A stretch of 64,000 nt of DNA from an uncultured Bacilli bacterium (GCA_944358415.1 CALVRA010000002.1:25769-89768); one strand, 5' to 3'. Positions 48,502 to 56,683 are shown, counted from the stretch's first letter. Notes: a model not told the origin generated them from the sequence alone. Numbers and translations: made by a program.

Positions 48502-49386
48502 ATGACTAATTTATTAGAAAAACCAGTTATAGATGAAAATAAGTATATGAACAGTATGTATGACCGAATATTTAAATCCATTGTTCAAAATCCGAATTTT
48601 AGGAAATTACTTTCACTTATAATAAGCGAGGTAACTGATTTTTCTGCAAGTTTTATTTATGAAAATTTAGTTTTTGTAAATACGGAGCTACCTATAGAAA
48701 ATAAGGGTGATAGGGGAATGATAACGGATATACTAGCTTATGTAGATGGGTCTATTATAAATATAGAAGCTAATAAGTTTTTTAAACTTAGCTCTATTGG
48801 TAAGAATAATTTATATCATCATAAAATAGCTTATGAGCAATATAAAAGAGGTAAAGATGTAGATGACACAGTCACTTTACAGATTAATTTTAATATGATA
48901 AGGACGTTTGGAAACAAATTGTTTGAAGTATTTAGTATGAAAAATGAAGATGGTACTTACAGGGATGAGGAAAATTTTAAAAGAGTGCATATAAATATGG
49001 CAAATCCTTTAAAAAAGTATTATACTAATAGTGAGCTTTCAAAAATTGAAAAAGCATTAGTGATATTTCAAATTACTAATAAAGATGAGGTTTGGAAGTT
49101 AGCTAAAGGAGATGAGGATTTAGAGGCTATGGCGAAGATAATTGATGATATAAACAAAGATGAAGAAATTATAGGTGCGTATTACAAAGATGAAATGGAT
49201 GAATGGATGAAAAAGATTGATATTAATGAAGCTAAGAAAGATGGTCAAATTGAAGGTCATATAGAAGGTTCAAAAGAAAAAGCTTTAGAGATAGCTCGAA
49301 ATTTATTACATTTGGGCATAGATGTTCAAACTATTTCAAAAGCAACTGGTTTATTAGAAGAAGAGATTAACTCACTTAAAAGTTAA
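48502..49386 (+). CDS. Rpn/YhgA-like PD-(D/E)XK nuclease family putative transposase
   Basis: N-terminal …DRIFKSIVQNPNFRKLLSLIISEV…ITDILAYVDGSIINIEANKF… resembles the Rpn (TIGR01784) N-terminal nuclease region. Confidence 0.45.
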   Translation: MTNLLEKPVIDENKYMNSMYDRIFKSIVQNPNFRKLLSLIISEVTDFSASFIYENLVFVNTELPIENKGDRGMITDILAYVDGSIINIEANKFFKLSSIGKNNLYHHKIAYEQYKRGKDVDDTVTLQINFNMIRTFGNKLFEVFSMKNEDGTYRDEENFKRVHINMANPLKKYYTNSELSKIEKALVIFQITNKDEVWKLAKGDEDLEAMAKIIDDINKDEEIIGAYYKDEMDEWMKKIDINEAKKDGQIEGHIEGSKEKALEIARNLLHLGIDVQTISKATGLLEEEINSLKS

Positions 49387-49447
49387 TTTCTTTTTAGTTG
49401 TATATCTTACAAGGTTATTTTTTAGAATTTTTTGGTATGAAAAAGGC

Positions 49448-49477
49448 TTGACAAACATACTATTTATATGTATAATC
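49448..49477 (+). promoter_or_regulatory. consensus sigma-A promoter of the infC-rpmI-rplT operon (TTGACA, 17-nt spacer, TATAAT)
   Basis: ttgaca at 49448-53, 17-nt spacer, tataat at 49471-76. Followed by a ~150-nt leader, the expected place for the L20-binding autoregulatory leader. Confidence 0.6.
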
Positions 49478-49630
49478 GTTTGTGTAATTTGAAAAAGGAA
49501 AGAAGAAGTGTCCACTTCTCACCTGATCTGCTTATAGGCGATGGGTATAATGCCGAAAAAAGTTTTTACTTTATTTAATGTGCATTTTAGTGGATACTTT
49601 GTATTCACTTTTTTATTGGAGGTGTCTGGT

Positions 49631-50158
49631 ATCGCAAGAGATAAAGATTTGTATATCAATAATCAAATACGTGCAAAAGAGGTTATGGTAATTGGACCTA
49701 ATGGTGAACAATTGGGGGTTAAGCCAATTAAAGATGCACTTACTTTAGCGGATTATGCAGGATTCGATTTAGTACTTATGAATCCAGGTGGAAAGCCACC
49801 AGTTTGTAAAATTATGGATTATAATAGGTATAAATATGAAAACAAGAAGAAACAAAAGGAAAATATGAAAAAGCAAAGGGAAGCTAATTTAGATATGAAA
49901 GAGTATAAGCTTTCTGTTAATATTGATGTTCATGATTTTAATACTAAATTAAATAATGCAATGAAATATTTGAAAAAAGGTCACAAGGTTAAGGTAAGTA
50001 TTAGATTTAAAGGACGTGAGATTACACATAGCTATTTGGGTAAAGATGTTTTAATGCGTTTTGCTGATTCTGTTAAAGATATTGCAAGCATTGAACAGAT
50101 GCCTAAGATTGATGGACGTATTATGGCAATGATACTTGCGCCAATTAAGGAAAAATAG
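49631..50158 (+). CDS. infC: translation initiation factor IF-3
   Basis: …INNQIRAKEVMVIGPNGEQLGVKPIKDAL… is the IF-3 N-terminal domain; C-terminal domain also present. Probable non-AUG start ATC at 49631, 7 nt after the ggaggtg RBS. infC characteristically uses AUU/AUC/AUA starts. The longer track ORF from 49541 probably overextends. Confidence 0.75.
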   Translation: MARDKDLYINNQIRAKEVMVIGPNGEQLGVKPIKDALTLADYAGFDLVLMNPGGKPPVCKIMDYNRYKYENKKKQKENMKKQREANLDMKEYKLSVNIDVHDFNTKLNNAMKYLKKGHKVKVSIRFKGREITHSYLGKDVLMRFADSVKDIASIEQMPKIDGRIMAMILAPIKEK

Positions 50159-50169
50159 GAGGAGAGTTT

Positions 50170-50370
50170 ATGGCTAAAATTAAAGCAAAATCTCATAAGG
50201 GATTAAGTAAGGTTTTAAAGGTTAGAAAAAGCGGTTCAATTAAATTTCAACCAGCTATGAAAAACCATAAGTTAACTCATAAGAGTAACCAATCAAGAAG
50301 AAGAAGACATCATGAGTTAGAAATGAGCTCATCAGATATTAAAAGATTAAAAGATTTAATTAATAAATAG
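50170..50370 (+). CDS. rpmI: 50S ribosomal protein L35
   Basis: 66-aa highly basic protein (MAKIKAKSHKGLSKVLKVRKSG…) in the infC-rpmI-rplT arrangement. Confidence 0.85.
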   Translation: MAKIKAKSHKGLSKVLKVRKSGSIKFQPAMKNHKLTHKSNQSRRRRHHELEMSSSDIKRLKDLINK

Positions 50371-50382
50371 GAGGGATTTTAA

Positions 50383-50901
50383 ATGAGAGTTAAAGGTGGA
50401 ACTATTCATCGCGCACGCCGAAAGAAAGCTTTAAAACAAGCTAAAGGTTATTTCGGTAGTAAACATAGACTTTATAAAACTGCTAAAGAACAAGTAATGC
50501 ATTCAGGTGCTTATGCATATAGAGATAGAAGAAATAGAAAAAGAGATTTTAGAAAATTATGGATTACAAGAATTAATGCGGCTTGTAGATTAAATGATAT
50601 TAGTTATTCTAAGTTTATTGATGGTCTTAATAAGGCTAATATAGAGGTTAATAGAAAAATGCTTGCTGAGATTGCTATAGATGATTCTAAGGCATTTGCA
50701 GAACTTGTAAAAGCAGCAAAAGCTGCACTTGATGGAAAAGAGTATAAAGCAGTTAAGGTAGAAGTTAAAGAAGAGAAAAAAAGTGAAAGTACTGATTTAA
50801 GTAAAATGACAGTTGCTGAACTTAAACAATTAGCTAAGGAAAAAAAGGTTGAAGGTTATTCAACTATGAAAAAAGCTGAACTATTAGAAGCTTTAAAATA
50901 A
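50383..50901 (+). CDS. rplT: 50S ribosomal protein L20 with a ~55-aa C-terminal extension (Rho_N-like helix-hairpin)
   Basis: N-terminal ~118 aa are canonical L20 ([15 protein letters not shown]…). The extension ends …[31 protein letters not shown]. Confidence 0.8.
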   Translation: MRVKGGTIHRARRKKALKQAKGYFGSKHRLYKTAKEQVMHSGAYAYRDRRNRKRDFRKLWITRINAACRLNDISYSKFIDGLNKANIEVNRKMLAEIAIDDSKAFAELVKAAKAALDGKEYKAVKVEVKEEKKSESTDLSKMTVAELKQLAKEKKVEGYSTMKKAELLEALK

Positions 50902-50921
50902 GGGGTTAGTCCCTTTTTTTC
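50899..50921 (+). terminator. terminator after rplT
   Basis: AAGGGG-ttagt-CCCTT followed by TTTTTTT. Confidence 0.45.
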
Positions 50922-50936
50922 TTAGAAAGGGGTTTT

Positions 50937-51428
50937 ATGAAAAATTTATATATTGATTTTGATGGAGTTATTTATAATTCTATCGAAGTGTCTTATAAAC
51001 TAGCTGAAGAGGAAAATGTTTCAAAGGATTATGAAAGTTATTATCAGTTTTTTAAAAATTTGGACTGGTGTGATGTTTTAGAAAAAAGTACAGAAATTAA
51101 TGATGCTTTTAATTGTATAAAAAAGATTATAGATAGTGGAAAATTTAATGTTTTTATTTTGACCCATGTTATTTCTTTAAAAGAAGCTGAATTAAAAATT
51201 GGTTTAATTAGAAATCATTTGGATGATGTAACGATTATTCCAGTTCCTAAAAGGGTGTCAAAAAATAAAATGGTTAAGGTGAATGGAGCTATTTTAGTAG
51301 ATGATTATCCTGAAAATTTACGTGAATGGGAGAGGGACGGAGGCATTTCCGTTAGATTTGATTTAGATATGGATGGAAAAGGTTTTCCAGTTATCTGTAA
51401 GCTTGATGAACTTGTAGAAATGTTTTAA
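50937..51428 (+). CDS. HAD-superfamily 5'(3')-deoxyribonucleotidase-like protein
   Basis: HAD motif I IDFDGV at the N-terminus. ~160-aa size is typical of NT5C-like bacterial proteins. Confidence 0.45.
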   Translation: MKNLYIDFDGVIYNSIEVSYKLAEEENVSKDYESYYQFFKNLDWCDVLEKSTEINDAFNCIKKIIDSGKFNVFILTHVISLKEAELKIGLIRNHLDDVTIIPVPKRVSKNKMVKVNGAILVDDYPENLREWERDGGISVRFDLDMDGKGFPVICKLDELVEMF

Positions 51429-51485
51429 AACTATGTACAAAATGCATGAAAAAATGGTATAATTGTACTACTTGGAGATGAGGAT

Positions 51486-52478
51486 ATGTTAGTATTAGCC
51501 AAAGCTGTACTGTCGATTATGTTAGGATTCTCTGTTTCAGTCGTTTTTGGCTACTTTGCTATTAAATGGCTGAAGAAGAAACATATAAGACAGCAAGTTA
51601 GTAACACTTTAGGAGAAAGACATAAAAGAAAAAATGGAACGCCGACGACTGGAGGTATAATATTTATCATTCCGACGGTTTTGATAATGATAGCTCTGGT
51701 ACTTACGGGAAAGGTCGAGTTTTCGACAAACTTATTTATTGTATTATTTGTATTTATTGCTTATGCAATATTTGGGTATATTGATGATTATTTAATTATA
51801 AAACGGCATACAAATGATGGACTTAGTATATTTTGGAAACTCGTTTTACAAATAATTGTCGCTTTAGTATTTTTCTATATGTTTTTAAGTAGTGGTAATG
51901 ATCCGATTGTGGATATTCACACTTTGGGTATAAAGCTGGACTTGGGATGGCTTTATGGAATGTTTTTACTATTTGTTTTAGTTGGTAGTAGTAATGCGGT
52001 GAATATTACAGACGGACTTGATGGACTTGCTGGTGGACTTTCAGCTATTGCGTTTTTTGCTTTTGGTATTATTACTTGGGGTGCTAATTGGGCTTCTGGT
52101 AATGAAGCAATCGCGATTTTCTGTTTTGTTTTAGTTGGATCGCTTGTTGGATTTTTGGTTTATAATTGTTATCCAGCTAAGGTCTTTATGGGTGATACAG
52201 GATCTTTATCTTTAGGTGCGGCACTGGCTAGTGTGGCAATTATTACGAATCACGAAGTAACACTTATTATTGTGGCCGGTGTATTTGTTATCGAGACTTT
52301 GAGTGTTATTATACAATGGATTGCAATAAGTAAATTTCATACTAAAGTATTTTTAATGGCACCACTTCATCATCATTTTGAGAAGTTAGGCTGGTCTGAA
52401 TCAGATGTTGTTAGGTTATTTTGGTCAGCTGGTTTACTACTTAGTATGGTAGCTATTGGCTTTGGTGTGTGGATATAG
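51486..52478 (+). CDS. mraY: phospho-N-acetylmuramoyl-pentapeptide transferase MraY
   Basis: Polytopic membrane protein. …NGTPTTGG… loop. …NAVNITDGLDGLAGG…. HHHFEK C-terminal motif. Confidence 0.8.
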   Translation: MLVLAKAVLSIMLGFSVSVVFGYFAIKWLKKKHIRQQVSNTLGERHKRKNGTPTTGGIIFIIPTVLIMIALVLTGKVEFSTNLFIVLFVFIAYAIFGYIDDYLIIKRHTNDGLSIFWKLVLQIIVALVFFYMFLSSGNDPIVDIHTLGIKLDLGWLYGMFLLFVLVGSSNAVNITDGLDGLAGGLSAIAFFAFGIITWGANWASGNEAIAIFCFVLVGSLVGFLVYNCYPAKVFMGDTGSLSLGAALASVAIITNHEVTLIIVAGVFVIETLSVIIQWIAISKFHTKVFLMAPLHHHFEKLGWSESDVVRLFWSAGLLLSMVAIGFGVWI

Positions 52479-52491
52479 GAGGAATTAAATT

Positions 52492-53745
52492 ATGGCAAAA
52501 AGTGAAAAAGAAATTGAAATTGTTGTTGAAGGAAAAGAATGGGAAGAGGCTTTAGATAAAGCATTTAAGAAAGCTAATAAAAATGCGAAGATTGATGGTT
52601 TTAGACCTGGTAAAGCTCCAAAAGATGTATTTTTAAAGAAATATGGTAAAGAGTCTTTATATATGGATGCTGCAGATATGGCAGCTGATATAGCTTATCA
52701 AAAGTTACTTACTGAGTACGCTTCAGATGTACAAGAGTTAGTGGCTCGTCCTGATATTGCTTTAACTGATATTAATGACGAAAAAGTGACTTTTAAATTT
52801 ACTTTAACTATGAAACCAGAAGTTAAACTTGGTAAATATAAAGGTTTAGGTATTAAGAAAGATGAAGTAAAAGCTGAAGCTGAAGAAATTGAAGATGCTA
52901 TTAAACATATGCGTGAAAGATATGCGGAGGATGTTTTAAAAGAAGGGGCTATTGCTGATGGTGATGTAGCAGTTATCGATTTCGAGGGTTTTATCGATGG
53001 TAAGGCTTTTGAAGGTGGTAAGTCAGAAAATTATTCTTTAAAAATTGGTAGTGGAACATTTATTCCTGGGTTTGAAGATCAGTTAATTGGACTTAAATCA
53101 GGTGATAAAAAAGATGTTAAGGTTACTTTCCCAGAAGATTATCATGCTGAAGATTTGAAAGGTAAAGATGCTATTTTTAAAGTAACTGTTCATGAAGTTA
53201 AAGAGGTTAAAATTCCAGAATTAGATAAGGATTTCTTCGAAGATTTAGGTATGGAAGGAATTAATACTAAAGAGGAATTAGAAGCACAAATTTCTGAAAA
53301 TATTTTGGCTCGTAAGGAAATGGAAGCTGAAAATAAATATTTAGATGAATTACTTGAGGCAGCAGCTAAAGATGTTAAGGTTGAAATTCCTGAAGCTATG
53401 ATTAATGAAGAGTTAGATAGAATGGTGGCACAATATGCTGATCATTTGAAAATGCAAGGTATTACTATTGAACAGTTCTATCAATTTACAAATTCTGATG
53501 AGCAAGCTTTAAAGGATCAAATGAGACCAGAAGCTATTAAGAGAATTACTTATAGATTAATGCTTGAAGAAATTGCTAAAGAAGAGAAAATTGAAATTGA
53601 TGATAAAGAAGCTAAGGAAGAGGCTAAGAAGTTAGCTGAAAAATACCAAATGAAAGAAGATGAATTCTTAAGTGCATTTGGTGGACTTGATATTGTTAAA
53701 TACGATATGAGAATGCGCAGGGCTATGGAAATCCTAAAGAAATAG
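52492..53745 (+). CDS. tig: trigger factor
   Basis: …DGFRPGKAPK… ribosome-binding signature. Central FKBP-type PPIase domain (…VIDFEGFIDGKAFEGGK…). 417 aa. Confidence 0.85.
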   Translation: MAKSEKEIEIVVEGKEWEEALDKAFKKANKNAKIDGFRPGKAPKDVFLKKYGKESLYMDAADMAADIAYQKLLTEYASDVQELVARPDIALTDINDEKVTFKFTLTMKPEVKLGKYKGLGIKKDEVKAEAEEIEDAIKHMRERYAEDVLKEGAIADGDVAVIDFEGFIDGKAFEGGKSENYSLKIGSGTFIPGFEDQLIGLKSGDKKDVKVTFPEDYHAEDLKGKDAIFKVTVHEVKEVKIPELDKDFFEDLGMEGINTKEELEAQISENILARKEMEAENKYLDELLEAAAKDVKVEIPEAMINEELDRMVAQYADHLKMQGITIEQFYQFTNSDEQALKDQMRPEAIKRITYRLMLEEIAKEEKIEIDDKEAKEEAKKLAEKYQMKEDEFLSAFGGLDIVKYDMRMRRAMEILKK

Positions 53746-53794
53746 GGTTTCTTTTTTTATACATAAGGAAAGTGCATTTTTGAATGATAAACAA

Positions 53795-54380
53795 ATGTTT
53801 GTAAAAAAGTTATTTACAAATATAACTATTCGTGATATAGTGATTGCAATATAGATTGAAGGTGATGATATGAAAATACTAAAAGGTTATGTATTTAGGA
53901 TGTATCCTAATGAAAATCAAGAAGAGTTAATTAATAAAACTATTGGTTGCTCTAGATTTGTATATAATTATTTTTTGGATGATAAAATTAAAGAATATAA
54001 AAAAACTGGCAAAAGTAAAAGTGCTTATGACCAAATAAAATTAATACCATCACTTTCTAAAGAAAAACCATGGCTAAAAGAAGTAGATAGCTGCGCACTT
54101 AGAAATAGTCTATTTAATTTAGAAGATGCTTATAAAAGATTTTTTAATGGAAATGGTTATCCTAGATTTAAAGCAAAAGGAGTACATGAAAGTTATAAAA
54201 CTAATAATATTAAAAGTAGTTATAAAGGAAATAATTATAATAGTATAAAATTAGATTTAAAAAATAAAACAATAACTTTACCAAAGTTAAAAGAAGTAAA
54301 GATAAGAGGATATAGAAATAAAGAAGTAATACCTGGTGAGGTTAAAAGTGCTGTAATTAAGAAAGATGCCGGTAAATATA
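53795..54380 (+). mobile_element. second, 3'-truncated copy of the IS605-family tnpB element (left end plus 5' ~510 nt of tnpB)
   Basis: Left end is conserved with copy 1 (TTTACAAATATAACTATTCGTGATATA). It has a perfect TTTGTAAA-aaagttat-TTTACAAA subterminal hairpin. Homology to copy 1 ends abruptly near 54380. Confidence 0.55.
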
Positions 54381-54532
54381 ATATGTTTGGACTGTTTTGC
54401 TTGTCGCCTAATTCTAGTAACTCTAACAACGTGTTCAATGTGAACAACAACGGCAACGTCAACAACAACAACGCGAACAATACGAACAACGCGGTCCGCC
54501 CTTTGAACTCTCTAAAACACTATGGATTATGA
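53870..54532 (+). pseudogene. tnpB: tnpB fragment (N-terminal ~170 aa of TnpB) reading through into an unrelated Asn/AAC-rich tail
   Basis: ~75% identical to TnpB residues 1-170 of copy 1. It then diverges (…DAGKYNMFGLFCLSPNSSNSNNVFNVNNNGNVNNNNANNTNN…). The RuvC-II/III and zinc-finger regions are absent. Confidence 0.7.
54400..54505 (+). repeat. candidate DGR template repeat (TR): AAC-codon-rich, GC-rich segment ending in a GC-rich IMH-like stretch
   Basis: TCT AAC AAC GTG TTC AAT GTG AAC AAC AAC GGC AAC GTC AAC AAC AAC AAC GCG AAC AAT ACG AAC AAC GCG GTC CGC CC, with 15 in-frame AAC/AAT codons. GC content is far above the local background. Lies ~300 bp upstream of the Avd/RT genes. Confidence 0.45.
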
Positions 54533-54579
54533 ACTAATATGGTCATAATGAAAAGATTAGAGAATAAGTATTGTCACAA

Positions 54580-54614
54580 GTTAGGAAAACTACATCGACA
54601 AATTGTTTCCTAAC
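54580..54614 (+). other. 9-bp stem hairpin between the candidate TR and the accessory genes
   Basis: GTTAGGAAA-(17 nt loop)-TTTCCTAAC. Confidence 0.35.
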
Positions 54615-54736
54615 TAAATATTAAATATAGTCAGAGATGTTTCTAGTAAAATTGATTATTAAATATGTCCTGGTGATTAGTTAATAATCTATAATATTTG
54701 AAAGAGATATGATATGAGAAAAACTATATTTTTTTA

Positions 54737-54782
54737 GCAGTACCAATTAGGGATTAGTCCCTTATTTGATACTGCTTTTTTG
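54737..54782 (+). terminator. nested hairpin plus T-run (terminator-like) upstream of the MutS-domain gene
   Basis: GCAGTA…AGGGA-ttag-TCCCT…TACTGC followed by TTTTTT. The inner AGGGA-TTAG-TCCCT hairpin is near-identical to the rplT terminator at 50901. Confidence 0.4.
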
Positions 54783-54793
54783 TTGGAGGTTGT

Positions 54794-55204
54794 ATGATAA
54801 AAATAATTGATAAATATAATTTATATAAAAATAAATATCCAAAATGTGTAGTTTTAATGAAGGTTGGTATTTTCTACGAGTGTTATGGTGAGGATGTATA
54901 TGTTTTAAATAACTTATTTAGTTATAAAATTAAAGATTTTAATGGTATAAAAAGAGTTGGTTTTCCTATTAACAGTTATGATAAGGTAATTTCAAAGTTT
55001 AAGAGTTTTAAGATAAATTATGTAATTATTGAAGATGATGATATAACACGTAAGAAGTTTAATTTTAATAATTATGATAGGTTTGTCCCAGATGATTTGA
55101 ATTTGGAAGATAGAATTAATAAGGTATATGATAGGCTTAGGGTTTTAAAAAATAATTCAAAGATTATGGATGTATTGGATAAAGTTGAGGAAATTTTATG
55201 GTAG
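54794..55204 (+). CDS. stand-alone MutS domain I (mismatch-binding domain)-like protein, DGR-associated
   Basis: …YNLYKNKYPKCVVLMKVGIFYECYGEDVYVLNNLFSYKIKDFNG–IKRVGFPINSYDKVISKFKSFKINYVIIED… aligns block-for-block with MutS domain I (…[43 protein letters not shown]…[30 protein letters not shown]). ttggaggttgt RBS. Overlaps the avd start. Confidence 0.55.
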   Translation: MIKIIDKYNLYKNKYPKCVVLMKVGIFYECYGEDVYVLNNLFSYKIKDFNGIKRVGFPINSYDKVISKFKSFKINYVIIEDDDITRKKFNFNNYDRFVPDDLNLEDRINKVYDRLRVLKNNSKIMDVLDKVEEILW

Positions 55205-55548
55205 ATAATTTTAGGGTAGTGATTAATATAAAAAAAACAATTTTATATTTAGATAAGATTATTACTAATTTCCCGGCTAAAGAAAAAGTTCTTAGGGACA
55301 AAATTAGTCAAACGATGTATGATATTTTAGAGTTTACATATATGGCAAGTGAGTTTAAGGATAAGCGGACATATTATCAAACAAGGATAGTTGTTAATAT
55401 TAAAATGACTGATTTTTATTTGAAGACGGCAGTTGATAAAAAGTATATTTCTTACAAAAAATATCAGAAAGTTTCTTTACATTTATTAGATATTTTAAAA
55501 CAGATTTATGGATGGATGAGAAATGAAAAGAAGACGGAATCTATATGA
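55198..55548 (+). CDS. avd: Avd-like accessory variability determinant (small basic four-helix-bundle family)
   Basis: 116-aa basic helical protein. Immediately upstream of the DGR-type RT and overlapping it by 26 nt, the canonical avd-rt arrangement. Confidence 0.55.
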   Translation: MVDNFRVVINIKKTILYLDKIITNFPAKEKVLRDKISQTMYDILEFTYMASEFKDKRTYYQTRIVVNIKMTDFYLKTAVDKKYISYKKYQKVSLHLLDILKQIYGWMRNEKKTESI

Positions 55549-56683
55549 TAGTGTTAGTATGGAAGATATTATAAAGGTTTATAGGAGACAAATTAGAGTT
55601 AATACTAAAAATAAATATAAGATTAAAAGATTTGAAGATTTTTATTCTATAAATATTAGCTGGGTTAAAAAGACTTTTGAAAATGAGAATTATGTGGGTG
55701 GGATGTACAATATATTTTTAATTCAAGAACCTAAGTATAGAATTATTATGAGTCAAAATATTTATGATAAGTTAATTAATCATGTGGTAGCAGCTAAGTT
55801 TTTATTACCTGTTTTAGATAGATGTTTGATTGAGACAAATATTGCGACAAGGTTAAATAAAGGTACGCATTTTGGAATTAAACTTATAAAAAAATATTTG
55901 AATAATTTAAAAGGTGAGACGATTTATGCACTTAAGTATGATATTAGTAAGTATTTTTATAATATAGACCATGAGATTTTGTTAGATTTACTTAATAAAA
56001 AAATTAAAGATAAAAAGGTTTTAGATATACTTAAAAAGATTATTTATTCACCTGATAAGGAATATGTTAATAGGACGATAGAAAAATTAAAGAATATGGA
56101 GATAGAGCGAATTTGTGGGTTAAATATAAGTGATAAAGAAAAGAATATTAAAATTAGAGAGATTGAGCAAATTCCTTTATATAAAAAAGGCAGAGGACTG
56201 CCGATTGGAAATATGACAAGTCAGATACTAGCTGTGTTTTACTTAAATGAGCTTGATCATTTTATTAAAGAAGATTTGGGGGCTAAGTATTATATAAGAT
56301 ATATGGATGATGGGATAATACTTTCTAATGACAAGGAATATTTAAAGAATTGTCTAAAGGAAATAGAAAAGGTGGTATTAAAGTATCGTCTTTGTTTGAA
56401 TAGGAAAACGAAGATTATTAATGTTAGTAAAGAAGGACTTGATTTTTTAGGGTTTAGATACTGTATTATAGATAATAAAGTAATACTGAAAGTTCGAAAA
56501 TTAACTAAGAAAAATTTTAAACGAAAAATTAAACTAATTTATGAAGAAAAAATTTCTTTAGAAAGTGGTTTAAGAATTATTAGTAGTTATAGGGGACATT
56601 TAAAGTGGGGAAATTGTTATAATTTAATGAAAACAACTTTAAAAATTAATTTTGAAAATTGTAAAATATACATTGATAAATAA
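55523..56683 (+). CDS. diversity-generating retroelement (DGR)-type reverse transcriptase
   Basis: N-terminus …RRNLYDSVSMEDI…. Motifs EPKYRIIMSQ, DRCLIETNIATRLNKGTHFG (NKGTH) and ALKYDISKYF (motif A Asp). LPIGNMTSQILAVFYLNELDHF carries the DGR-diagnostic IGxxxSQ in place of the QGxxxSP of group II and retron RTs. YIRYMDDGII is the YxDD box. 386 aa. Confidence 0.8.
   Translation: MKRRRNLYDSVSMEDIIKVYRRQIRVNTKNKYKIKRFEDFYSINISWVKKTFENENYVGGMYNIFLIQEPKYRIIMSQNIYDKLINHVVAAKFLLPVLDRCLIETNIATRLNKGTHFGIKLIKKYLNNLKGETIYALKYDISKYFYNIDHEILLDLLNKKIKDKKVLDILKKIIYSPDKEYVNRTIEKLKNMEIERICGLNISDKEKNIKIREIEQIPLYKKGRGLPIGNMTSQILAVFYLNELDHFIKEDLGAKYYIRYMDDGIILSNDKEYLKNCLKEIEKVVLKYRLCLNRKTKIINVSKEGLDFLGFRYCIIDNKVILKVRKLTKKNFKRKIKLIYEEKISLESGLRIISSYRGHLKWGNCYNLMKTTLKINFENCKIYIDK

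Noticed and set aside
54235-54489. 84-aa minus-strand ORF across the candidate TR
   Set aside because: Antisense of the AAC-rich segment translates to Leu/Phe-rich low complexity. No start context.
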